Shown here: piece by piece, positions 1 through 10,741 of the stretch
Layout of the letters: each line of letters opens with the position of its first letter
Numbering within the stretch: position 1 is the first letter of the stretch
NCBI GenBank assembly: GCA_025594325.1
Contig: JANHCV010000010.1
Coordinates: 806,001 to 870,000 of the forward strand
Reading direction: 5' to 3'
DNA: 64,000 nt
Source: Blastocladiella emersonii ATCC 22665
Taxonomy: Eukaryota > Fungi > Blastocladiomycota
Made by a program: the position numbers and the translations under genes
The notes under the pieces: model-generated
Seen by the model: only the letters and a program-made list of their open reading frames with translations
The model's database searches: none
What the model was told of the DNA's origin: nothing

Positions 1-393
1 TGCGAGTTCTCGGGCTTGTTGAGCAGGAACAGCACGCCCGGCGCGATGTTGGTCGGCCCGAGGAACGCGGACGAGAAGCCTACCGTACGGCGCAGTCAAG
101 GCTCGCGCGCGTGTCAGCTCATGAAAGCTCGCCGCGTGGCTGAAGTATGAAGTGAGCTTGAACGGACCTGAGCACCACTTGCTGCTGGCGAGCGAGTAGC
201 CCTGGCACGTTCGTCCGGGCACGCCCGACTTGAACCCGGGCTCGAGGACCGCCTCGGTCGTCCCCGCGGCGAGCAGCAGGATAAGGGCGAGGAAGACGGC
301 CGAGGCGGCGACCGTGGCGCCGTGGCGGTGGTCGTGCCGCGAGGGGCGGACCCACGACGGCACCGAGGAGGGACGGCGGCCGGCGGCGGTCAT
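1..393 (-). CDS. Hypothetical secreted or membrane protein, 5' part (runs off the window)
   Basis: ATG at 393 in CACC-ATG context. Hydrophobic segment AVFLALILLLAAG. Intron 167-80 (GTCCGT...GCTGAC...GGTAG) joins ...SKWCS-G-FSSAFLGPTNIAPGVLFLLNKPENS in frame. Confidence 0.55.
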   Translation of the reverse strand, partial: MTAAGRRPSSVPSWVRPSRHDHRHGATVAASAVFLALILLLAAGTTEAVLEPGFKSGVPGRTCQGYSLASSKWCSGPFKLTSYFSHAASFHELTRARALTAPYGRLLVRVPRADQHRAGRAVPAQQARELA

Positions 394-843
394 GGTGGAC
401 GAAGGCGTGAGCGGCGCGGCGGCGACAGTTTCGAACGAAGTGATGGAGGTAGTGGTGCGAGATGCGGCCTGCGCGAGAGAACTGCCAGCGTTTGGATATG
501 AGGTAGAGGGTCCAGCCCGAAGCGGTTGCACAAAGTCGTGCGCGAGTCGAGGAGCCGAACAAACGTTGCGAGCGGGGAGAGTGGAAAGAGGACCGATTCA
601 AGGACGGCGGCGGCGACTCCCTGCGCAGTTCCCGAACAGGGTGGGCGATTTGATGAAATGGGTGATGAGCCACACGGGGCTTGCAGCCGACGCTGCGGAA
701 TACGCGTTGAGCCACAGTCACGTGCGCTCACGTCACGCGCGAGACACGGTGTGAGACACTCGCCGACGCGTCCCCGCGGCGCGGATTCGGTTGGGAAAAG
801 TCGGATTCACGCGTCTTTAACAGAACTCCACTAGTATACCACT

Positions 844-1623
844 TCAAATACCGCTCTCGGCGGCCGCGCGGTGCGCCGGGTGCTCGGCCCACCACGATCC
901 GACGTCGACCTTGCCCGCGATCACAAAGTCGAGCATGCGCTCCAGCGTCACCGAGAGCGACTCGTTGTGCTCGACGGCAGCTGCAGCCGAGCGCTCGCCT
1001 GCCCGAGACGCCGTTGCCGAGGCAGGATGGGATGTTGGAGCGCGAGGTGAACCCGCGCGCGAGGCCGTGGGTGGCGCGTCTGCTTGAGCGTCGGAGGCCG
1101 GGTCAGCTTGGGCTTGGATCTCGACGGCAATCGGACACAGCGACACGACGCGATGGTGATGTTCGACGCGAAAGAGCCAGCGCTACAGGTAAGGTACGCG
1201 CGCAGCGCCCGGAGGGCTTGCTTATGTGAGCCGAGAAATAGACGCTGATCAGCTCGGCAGATCCAAGCGCCCGCGCCGATACAGCATCCCATCGGCTGTC
1301 TTGGCGACTATCGGCGCCAGGCGCGCCTCGCGGACTGAGCCACCATTGGCGCGCCGCGCCACGCCGGCGGAAACGGCTCGTACCTGCTCACCAGCCGATG
1401 TCTGGATGTGACGCCAGTAGCCGCGCGTCGTCGACGACGGGATTGGCTTCCCCATGCTCGGCTTGCTGAACGTCGTCTGGTACTGCGCGGGCCGCTCCGA
1501 CACGACGGCGAGCCCGTCGGCGGGCACGTTGATGGGCGTCGTGCTCATGGCCCACTCGCGCGACAGCTTGAGCGAGCCGAGGATCCGCTCAATGTCGGCG
1601 ATGGCTGATGCATGGTCTGTCAT
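844..1623 (-). CDS. Two-exon protein, tentatively A-kinase anchor protein 14 (AKAP28)-like
   Basis: Exons 1623-1384 and 1182-844 join in phase 0 through a GTACGA...CTGTAG intron (192 aa). Segments IERILGSLKLSREWA, YQTTFSKPSMGKPIPSSTT, WLFRVEHHHRVV and MLDFVIAGKV recall the AKAP14 pattern. The family call is from memory. Confidence 0.5.
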
Positions 1624-2089
1624 GGTGTCTTAACGCATGGGGTGCTTGAAGCTGGCGGGCGCGAGGTTCAGGGACCGAGGTTTGGAGGTGACGCGAGCGC
1701 GATGCGCCTGAATGGGAGACATTACTGGTCAAGTTAACGACGCGTCATTCACGACGCGTCGCTTCATTGTCGACAGGCGCGGAGCTCATGGGTCAGTATT
1801 CTAAAACGTGTCGCGGTATCAGGAAATCCCGGATGGCGTTTAATTTTCGCTGCAGCGGCGCCACCTGCGCCACCGCGCCACGCTTCACGTTGCCGTTGCG
1901 CCGCCCTTCCTCCTCGACGACACCGAACGACGCCATGGAGTTCGCTCGGACACACGGCCGATGTATCGCGCGCGCTGAAGCGCTAGAGACTTGTTCTTGC
2001 GACTTATTGCACTCAACTTGCCGTGTCGGCGCACGGCCACCTCGCTCGACCGCCTCACTCTCGCCTCACCAACCACTTTCTCGCATCCC

Positions 2090-3566
2090 ATGGCCAAGAC
2101 GCTCACCCTGGCGGTGATCTTCGTCGCCGTGGCGCTGCTCGCTCTCCACGCCGAGGCCGCGACCTTCGCGCCGCCGAGCGACTGGTGCTACGTCGGCAAC
2201 TGCGCGCAGCCGCCCGCCGCGGCCGTCAAGTCGTACCTCGATGCCGAGCAGGCCGCGCTCGGCAACGGGCCCGCCAAGTGCGGCAACGGCGTGTGCGAGA
2301 TTCACCTCGGAGAGACGTGTGCGTCGTGCGCCGCCGACTGCGGCCAGTGCGCCATGGCCGCGCCCATCCGCGAGTGCAAGGTCAAGGGCGCCATGGCGCT
2401 GACGTTCGACGACGGGAGTTCGCAGTTTACGAGCGAGCTTGTTGATACGCTGAACGCGGTCAAGGTCCGCGGCACGTTCTTCGTGCTCGGCGTCGAGGTC
2501 ATGCGCACGCAGGTCCAGGGCGCGGCGCTCAAGAAGGCCTTCGACTGTACGTTGCTTCCGTACCGCCACGACTTCAAGGCGATGCTCACCGTCCTCGCGT
2601 GCCTGTAGCCGGCCACGTCATTGGCCTGCACACGTACACGCACCGCAGCCTCGGCGACAGCGGCCACGTCCAGTACAACAACCGGCCGGTGCCCAAGGGC
2701 GCCATGCCGTTCGCCGACCTCCGCGCCGAGCTCGTCCTCAACGACGTGGCTGTGCACTCGGTCATCGGCAAGCACGCGCGCTTCGTGCGCCCGCCTTTCC
2801 TCGACTTCAACGCCAAATCGATGAACTTTATGGAGACGGCCGGCTATGTCCCCGTGAACATCAACGGTACGCTCTCTCGACCTCCGGGTGGTGCCGTGGC
2901 GCCCTGCCGATGCTCTGGCAGCTCTCTAACATCGTAACAACGCGATCTCATCGTTTAGCTGATTCCAACGACTGGAAGCTCAACGCAACCGAGCGAGCGA
3001 CCCCTGAAAACGTCCTCGCCCAGTTCCGCGCCGCCTTTGAGATTGCTCGCCCTGCTGGCTCGTGGATTCACCTCCAGCACGATACGCTCGGCTACGTACG
3101 GCTCGCTCTTTCTTTCGCGCACTCGTCCTCATCGACGCGCCGTTCGCGTCCGTTCCTCGTTCGACTCACACTCCGCTCACCCCACCGCTCACGCCGTATG
3201 TAGTCGGTCCGCGCCGTCAAGCTGATCATCGAGTACCTGCGGACGCAGCCAGGCGTCAAGCTGGTCGGTCTCGACGAGTGCCTCGGCCAGGACGCGTACC
3301 GCGGCGAAAAGGACCTCCCGTTCGTCAACCGCGCGCTCGCGGCGCGTCTCTCCGGCCAGCCGGGCGCCGCTAACGCGACGGCCACCAAGAAACCCGACAT
3401 TCTCTCGACGCCGACCGAGGGCGGCGCCAAGGCCGTCGCGGCCACCACCACGCCCGATGCGACCGCGCAGCAACAACAGGTGTCGGCGGCGGCGGGCACG
3501 GGCACCGGCTCCGCGTGGAGCGCTGCGGCCATGGCTGCTGCGGCCGTGGTTGCTGCGGTTTTGTAA
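2090..3566 (+). CDS. Polysaccharide/chitin deacetylase (CE4, NodB domain) with signal peptide, Cys-rich N-terminal module and GPI-like tail; copy 1
   Basis: Exons 2090-2546, 2609-2866, 2959-3095, 3204-3566, all GT-AG. CE4 motifs TFDDGS, HTYTH, RPPF, DSNDW, LQHD. Hydrophobic C-terminus. Confidence 0.88.
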
Positions 3567-3834
3567 GGACCACACACCCAATCACTCGACTCACACTCGC
3601 GCGCATGGCTCACTGGATATACAGTTCACGTTTTTGCGCTCGCTCGTGCAGGTCAGGGACTCGATGATCGACCGACTTGAGCTCGCAACCTGGCAGCGAC
3701 AGCCTGGTGCCTCGCACGATCCCTCGCTTGTGTCCCGCTCAAAGGGCTTCGAGAGCAGCTCACTCTCCCGCAAGCATCGAACCATCGTCCTCAAACACTA
3801 TACCATAGACTAGACGGCCGCTGATAGACCACAC

Positions 3835-5391
3835 ATGGCTCACCCGCCCCACGCCCTCTCGCTGCTGCTCGTCCTCGCCCTGCTCGTGACGACCGTCACC
3901 GCCGCCTTCCCGCCCGCGAGCGAGTGGTGCTACCGCGGCAACTGCGCGCAGCCTCCCGCTGGTCTCGTCGCTCGCGACGTCGCGGCAGAGAACACGTACT
4001 TTGGCCCCGGCCCGGCGCGCTGCGGCGACGGGATCTGCGACGTCCGCAACGGCGAGACGTGCGCGAGCTGCCCCGCCGACTGCGGCGGGTGCACGCAGGG
4101 ATCGCCCCTGCGCCGGTGCCGCGCCCGCAACGTGTTTGCGCTGACCATCGACGATGGCCCGACGTCGGTCCGTTTCGCCGGCGACGATCTGATGACGACG
4201 CCCGAGGCACTGGATTGACGCCACGCGCTTCTCTAGTTCACCGCGGACACGGTCCGCTCGCTCAACGCGCTCGGCGTCAAGGCCACGTTCTTCGTCAACG
4301 GGGTCAAGGTGATGCGCGACCCGCAGTATGCCGCGGCCATGAAGCTCGCCTACGACAGTATGTTTCCCTCGCGTCGCGCCACGCACATGAGTCTCGCGCG
4401 CCCGCGCATCAAGCCGCATGCATGAATGAACGCTGACGCGCCGCGCCACACCTGCCCCCTTCCTCTAGGCGGCCATACGATCGGCACGCACACCTACTCG
4501 CATCGCAGCTTCGGGCCCAGCGGCGACGTGGCCGAGCCGGCGCGCGCGGTCCCGCGTGGCCCTGCGCCGTTCGCCCACATGCGCACCGAGCTCGTCATGA
4601 ACGACATTGCGATCCAGTCGGTGATCGGCGTGCGCCCGCGCTTCTTCCGCCCGCCGTACCTCGAGTTCCGCGCCGAGGCCATGGTGCTGCTCGACACGGC
4701 CGGGTACGACGTGGTTAACGTCAACGGTACGCCGCGACGACGCGTCACTTGGCGTCCATCACCTCTCTGATCACACCCCGTCCGCGTAGTCGACAGCGAC
4801 GACTGGCGACTTGAGAACTCGGCCAACGCGACGCCCGCCAAGGTGATCGAGCAGTTCATGGCCTCGTTCGCGCGCAGCCGCGGCGACGGGTCGCACATCT
4901 CGCTCCAGCACGACACGTACGCGTACTCGATGCGCGCGATCCCGGACCTCGTCCGCGACCTGCAGCGCCAGGGCTTGCGATTTGTCGGCATGGACGAGTG
5001 TCTCGGCGCGCCGGCGTACCGCGCCGGAGGGGATAACCCGTTCCTCGCTAAGCGCCTCGAGGGCAAGATCGCGGGCAACCAGCCGCAGCCGACGACTAGT
5101 ACGACGGCTAGCTCGACTTCGGCGGCTACTTTGACTACCACCTCGGCGGCCACGGCGGCGACGGGTACGGCGACGGCCGCCCCGACGGGCACGGCGACCG
5201 AGTCCGCCACCAGCGGCGCGGCGGGCGGCGCGAGCCCGACGGGCACGCCCAGCATCAACGGTGGCGGATCCAAGCCGAGCGGCGTCAACAACAACACGCC
5301 GACCTCGGGCGCCGGCGGCCACCACGGTGGCGTCGTCCCGCTCGCTCTCGTCGCGGGCGTCGCCGCCGCCCTTGTCGCCCTCCTCGGTTGA
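3835..5391 (+). CDS. Polysaccharide/chitin deacetylase (CE4); tandem copy 2, Ser/Thr-rich stalk and GPI-like tail
   Basis: Exons 3835-4167, 4237-4357, 4469-4726, 4790-5391. Motifs TIDDGP, HTYSH, RPPY, DSDDW, LQHD. Same CGDGxC...GETCASCPADCG N-terminal module as copy 1. Confidence 0.9.
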
Positions 5392-5982
5392 TCGGCCGGT
5401 CCAGGGACGTTGGGCGAACGACGCCCGCTCGGCAAGAATACGCGTTGGCCGTCGCCACAGCGCCGCCATGGCGGTGGCGTGGGCTCGAAATAGACTGCGT
5501 TTCCGCCCGGCCGGGTGCACCCGCGTCGGTGGTGCTTGTGATTCTTCCGTTTGCTCGCGAGAGTTGTTTCATCGCGGAGATGAGGTTGCCGCCGCGCTGT
5601 GACGTAGCGCGCGGACCCAGGAAGCCAGCATGAAAATTCGGGGCCCTGAGTGTGAGGAGGGGGCGCCCGCGGCCGTCGTCGTCGACGACGCGATCGCGTC
5701 GCGTGGAAGGTCAGAGAGCTCGGCCATGGCGGATCGCGTCCACGGTGACTAGCGTGATGCGCGCGGAAATGAACAAGGGAACATGGGTCCCGTGGGGCGA
5801 GGTGAAATGAACTTGGCCGTGGTGGCGGGCGGGCGGTCGGATTTTCTGCTTGAAACGCGTAGCCGCGGTGGCCGCCCACTGCGCCGACGGCGGCGGCCGG
5901 CCTCGACAACATGGGCGGCCGCCCTCCCGCTTGCTCTCTCTCCCGCATCACATCACTCCCGGTCCCTGCGCGCGCGCGATCC

Positions 5983-5988
5983 TATAAA
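5983..5988 (+). promoter_or_regulatory. Candidate TATA box of the aquaglyceroporin gene
   Basis: TATAAA about 85 nt upstream of ATG 6073 in otherwise very GC-rich DNA. Confidence 0.5.
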
Positions 5989-6072
5989 GCTGCTGGCAGC
6001 CCCCCGCGCACCCTCTCCTCTCTCCCGCTCCCAACCAACCTTCTTCCTCCTCCCCCCTCAACCACCATCACC

Positions 6073-7598
6073 ATGTCGTCCCCACAGCTGTCCGAGAAGC
6101 CCGACATGGAGTCGCAGGCCACCAAGATCTCGGGTCTCCGCCGGCTGCAGATCCAGTACCGCGAGGAGCTGTCCGAGTTCTTCGGCACGCTTATCATGCT
6201 GCTGTTCGGTCTCGGTGTCGTCGCCCAGACGGTGCTGTCCAAGGGCGCCGCCGGCGACTCGCTGTCGATCCACATCTCGTGGTGCCTCGCCGTCGTCTTC
6301 GGCATCTACTGCTCGGCGCCGTCCGGCGCGCACCTCAACCCGTCGGTGACGATCGGCCTCGGTACGGTTTCTCACGCTCGCCTCTGCTCCTCTCCCTTCC
6401 TGTCCCTCTCGCTCGCGCGCTCGCTAGCCCTGCCCGTTCCCACTCCCTCCCTCCCTGCCGCGTGTTGGCTGTTGTTGCGCCGTGGGGCCGAGGTAGCCGT
6501 GCACGCAGTCCTTGGCCCGCGCGGCTTGCCGTCGGCTTCCACGTCGCGCTCCCCCCGCGCCCTCATGGTTCGCGCCACATCGCTAGATCCCGTGTTTCAC
6601 GGGCTGGTTGCAGGAACATCTCGTTTCATCGCTCCGCCCGCTCGGGACGCTGGGACTGCCTGCTGCACCGCGCCGCGGTCCGCGTCGCTGAATGGCCAGC
6701 GATGGTCGCCCCCGCCGCGGTGATTCGTCGGGCCGTGGAATGAGCCTCATATTCCACGGCGGCCAGCAGCGGGCTACGTGGCGTGCGGCGCGCGGCGCGG
6801 TTCCCCCAACACCGCTATGCTCGCCTCGAGCGTGTTTGATGGCGCTGCTGATCCCCGAGCCGACGCGTCTCGTCCCTTGCAGCCCGGCTGCATGCCGCGT
6901 GGCGCGGCGCGAGCCAGCCCTCGATGCGACCATCCCAACTCTACATGATCCCTGCATCGTCGTCAACCCTCGATGGACTATCGCTAACCTCTACCTCGTC
7001 CTTCGCCGTAGCCGTGCACGGTGGCTTCGCCTGGTCCAAGGTCCCGCGGTACATTCTGGCGCAGATGCTCGGCGGCGTGGTCGCTGGCCTGCTCGTCTAC
7101 ATCAACTACATTTCGGCGTTCAACGCGTACGACGGCGGCGTGCGCACGGTGCCGCAGCGCGGCGACGCCGCGGCGGCCAAGATCGCGACCGCGGGCGTGT
7201 TCGCGACGTACCCGGCCGACTACCTGAACATCCCCGGCATGTTCTTCTCCGAGTTCTTTGCCACCATGCTCCTGTTCATCGGCATCCTGGCCATCGGCGA
7301 GGCCAAGAACGCCAACGCGCCCAAGTCGTACGGCCCGATCGCCGTCGGTCTCCTCGTCCTCGTCATCGGCTGCACGTTCGGCGTCCAGACGGGTTACGCC
7401 ATGAACCCCGCCCGTGATTTCGGCCCGCGTCTCGCTACCTTCATCGTCGGGTACGGCTCGGCCGTCTTCACCGCGTACGACGGCTACTTCTGGGTCCCGA
7501 TCGTCGCGCCCGTGCTCGGCGCTGTCTTTGGCGGCTACGTCTTCAAGCTGTTCCTCCACTGGGACGAGGACGAGGCCAAACTCGTCAAGGGCGAGTAA
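6073..7598 (+). CDS. Aquaglyceroporin (MIP family, GlpF/Fps1/AQP3-like)
   Basis: Exons 6073-6361 and 7012-7598 with a 650-nt intron. Motifs AEFFGT-like SEFFGT, SGAHLNPSVT, GYAMNPARDFGPR, YFWVPIVAP. Confidence 0.93.
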
Positions 7599-8068
7599 GT
7601 TGGCCTGCCCAAGGGACGCGACCAGCGTCTCGACCATCACCACCTCCGTTTTGAGAGTCCCCGCAGCGAGGGACTCCTCGACTAGATTTCCATCCTCTCA
7701 TTCTCCCGTACACTCGTGGCCATCGGTCCTTGTCGCCCTCGCGCTATGGCGAGGGCGAGGGACGCTTCGATGGCCCGCATCCTCACCACACCCGTTGTCA
7801 TTTGCTCTCCCACCCTTCCTCCTCCCCTAGACGTTGTTGCTGCAGCCAATAGCGAAAAGTGTTTTGCTCAACCTTGCGTGTGTATCTCTGAGGCGCGTCC
7901 TGGGATGCGAGACATCGGCGTCTCTCACGGGCCAAGCGCCACGTGCGGGGTTGCGTGATCGACGCGCTTCGTTCGGCTCTGCGGCGTGCTGACTGATCGC
8001 GCCTTGTTCGCGGCGATTCCGATGATGAGGGCCGACTGCCGCCTTCCTCCCCAACGGCCGGCCACGGC

Positions 8069-8074
8069 TATAAA
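8069..8074 (+). promoter_or_regulatory. Candidate TATA box of the aldo-keto reductase gene
   Basis: TATAAA about 85 nt upstream of ATG 8158. Confidence 0.5.
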
Positions 8075-8157
8075 GTGAGCGAGTGCCCCCGCTCTCCCTC
8101 CAGCGAGCTCTCTCAACTGGTCCCTGAACCACTACTACGCATCAACCACTACACACC

Positions 8158-9099
8158 ATGTCGCTCGGCCGCCACCTCGTCCTCAACACGGGCGCCAAGA
8201 TCCCGGCGCTGGGTCTCGGCACGTGGCAGAGCAAGCCCAACGAGGTTGGCAACGCGGTCGTGACGGCGCTCGACGCGGGCTACCGCCACCTGGACCTGGC
8301 GCACGTGTACCAGAACGAGGCCGAGATCGGTGCCGCGCTCAAGACGTGGTTCGCGGCGCACCCGGACGTCAAGCGGTCGGACGCCTTCATCACGTCCAAG
8401 CTGTGGAACACGTTCCACGCGCCCGCCGACGTGCAGAAGGGCCTCGAGACGTCCCTGCGCGACCTGCAGCTCGAGTACCTGGACCTGTACCTGATCCACT
8501 GGCCCATCGCGTTCAAGAACGACGGGACCGGCGCCCTCGCGCCCAAGGACGCAGACGGCCAGCTCGCGCTCGACACGACGCCGCTGCTCGACACGTGGAA
8601 GGCCATGGAGGCGCTGCTGGCGTCGGGCAAGGTCAAGGCGATCGGCGTGTCGAACGTCAACTCGGCCACGCTCCGGTACCTCGCGCAGAACGGCACCGTC
8701 GTGCCCGCCGTCAACCAGATCGAGCTCCACCCGTACCTGCCCCAGGACGAGCTGCTCGCCACCGCCAAGGAGCTCGGCGTCGTCCTCACGGCCTACTCGC
8801 CGCTCGGGTCCACGTCCGCGAACCCGTCGCTCCGCGAGAACGAGGTGATTGCCGAGATCGCGGCCAAGCACGGCAAGACCACGTCGCAGGTGCTCATCTC
8901 GTGGGCGATCCAGCGCGGGACCACGGTCATCCCCAAGTCGGTCAACGCCGACCGCGTCCGCGCCAACTTCAACGACTTTGTCCTCGACGAGGCCGACATG
9001 GCCAAGATCGCCGAGCTCGGCAAGGTCAACCTCCGCACCTGCGACCCCAAGGGGTTCTGGGGCGTCGATATCTTCTCGGAGAACAAGGTCATTGCCTAA
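8158..9099 (+). CDS. Aldo-keto reductase (NADP-dependent; GCY1/YPR1/AKR1A-like)
   Basis: Single 313-aa ORF. GLGTWQ, GYRHLD(LAHVY), ITSKLW, LDLYLIHWP, IGVSN, NQIELHP and IPKS motifs; catalytic D/Y/K/H tetrad present. Confidence 0.95.
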   Translation: MSLGRHLVLNTGAKIPALGLGTWQSKPNEVGNAVVTALDAGYRHLDLAHVYQNEAEIGAALKTWFAAHPDVKRSDAFITSKLWNTFHAPADVQKGLETSLRDLQLEYLDLYLIHWPIAFKNDGTGALAPKDADGQLALDTTPLLDTWKAMEALLASGKVKAIGVSNVNSATLRYLAQNGTVVPAVNQIELHPYLPQDELLATAKELGVVLTAYSPLGSTSANPSLRENEVIAEIAAKHGKTTSQVLISWAIQRGTTVIPKSVNADRVRANFNDFVLDEADMAKIAELGKVNLRTCDPKGFWGVDIFSENKVIA

Positions 9100-9320
9100 G
9101 CTCGCGCATTTAATACATGTACATTCATCTATCAGGACTTTGACACGGGTGGCAGGCGAGCTGACGGAAGCGTGCATCCGAGCCGAAGTGCGAGCCGAGT
9201 GAGTCGTTTGCTGTCTCGCAGCTCGTCTCGCACACGGCTTGCCTGCGCCTCTCAAAAGCGTCGGAGCAACCGGTAACCACACTCACTCTCTCCCCGCCTC
9301 CGCCACCCCTCGCACACAAG

Positions 9321-10140
9321 ATGAAATACGACGTCGCCAACACGATTGCCCTGCCCGAGACGGTGACGCCGGCGCTGTTCGGGGCCCTGCTCGCGCTGGT
9401 CGAGGAGAAGATGGGCGGCAACGACGGGTCGCACGACGTCGAGCACGTCCTGCGCGTGGTGCGCGTTGCCCTGCGCATCGCCCGCGCCGAGGCGGCCGCG
9501 GGCCGTGCGCCCAACGTTGACCTGCGCCGCGTCGTGGTCGTCGGCATGCTGCACGATGTCACGGACCACAAGTACATTGACGAGTACGTTCGCGGCAGCG
9601 AGTTCAAGGGCGAGGGACCGCGACTGATTACGCTCGCCGTGTAGCCCCGCCGAGGCGAACCGCGCCATCTACGAGACGCTGCAGGCGCACGGGTTCACGT
9701 CGTCGGACGTGGCGTGGGTGCTCGACACGATCGAGCTCATCTCGTTCCGCAAGGAGCAGGCGCGCATCGCCGCGGCCGCCGCTGCCGGCCAGCCCCTCCC
9801 CTCGCCGTCGCCCGAGCTGTGTGCGGTGCAGGACGCGGACCGCCTCGACGCCATTGGCGCGATTGGGATTGCGCGGTGCTTCACGTTCGGCGGGTCGCGC
9901 TCCCGCGCCCTGTACGAGGGCAACCACACGGACGCGGCGGCGATCGACGCCGAGGTCAGCAAGACGGGCGCCTTCGCGGCGTCGCCGGCGTCGCTGTACC
10001 ACTTCTACGAGAAGCTGTTCAAGCTCAAGGACCTCATGAAGACCGAGACGGGACGCAAGATGGCCGAGCGACGCCAGGCGGCGATGCACCGGTTCGTCGA
10101 CCAGTTCTGGTCCGAGGTCGCCCTCGACGAGGACGAGTAG
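9321..10140 (+). CDS. HD-domain metal-dependent phosphohydrolase (YedJ/YpgQ-like)
   Basis: Exons 9321-9583 and 9645-10140. Motifs SHDVEHVLRV, MLHDVTDHKY, VQDADRLDAIGAIGIARCF, HFYEKL...KTETG. Confidence 0.9.
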
Positions 10141-10741
10141 ACGGGTGTGGGAGTGACATGATGGGAGTGATTGTAATACAAGCTTAGCTCCATTCGCGAC
10201 CACGCGTTGATGAGGGAGAGAGAATTCACGCCGGCCGTGCCGGGCGTAATACGCGCGCGATGATTGCCGGCCGGCAGCCCGCACGTGAGACCGGCGGCCC
10301 CAGCGCTCGCGCGGCGGCGCCCTTGGGGCTCTGCCTCTCCCTGCCCCGCTCGCTCTTCCACCGAGTCCGTCAGCATCGCGCAGTGCCCGTCGCCAACCCC
10401 ATCGACTCGGTGCACTTGCCCGCCTGCGCTCTGCGCTCCATGAATCTGTGATTGCCGGCCTCGTCGTCGCCCGCTCGCTGCCCTCGTGCCCACCGACCCG
10501 CTGCCCCGTTTCCCACCGCGACGTCCGCTAGTGCGGCTCGGCCCCAACCCGCCCTGCCGCTCCCGCACTCTGCCGCGACGTCACTCTGCCGCTGCTGCGC
10601 CCTGCCCTGCCCTGCCCTGCCCATCTCGTTGGGCATCTGGTGCTCCCGACCCGCTCGACCTCCTCGCTCCTTTGCATCGCTCCGCAGGTGGCGCACTCTC
10701 CCCTCCGCTGCTCGTTCTCGATACGAGCTCCGCCCGAAACC

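Noticed and set aside
1735-1765. Paired ACGCGT (MCB-like) boxes in the divergent promoter of the AKAP14-like and deacetylase genes
   Set aside because: ACGCGT is common by chance at this GC content, and neither gene is a typical G1/S target.
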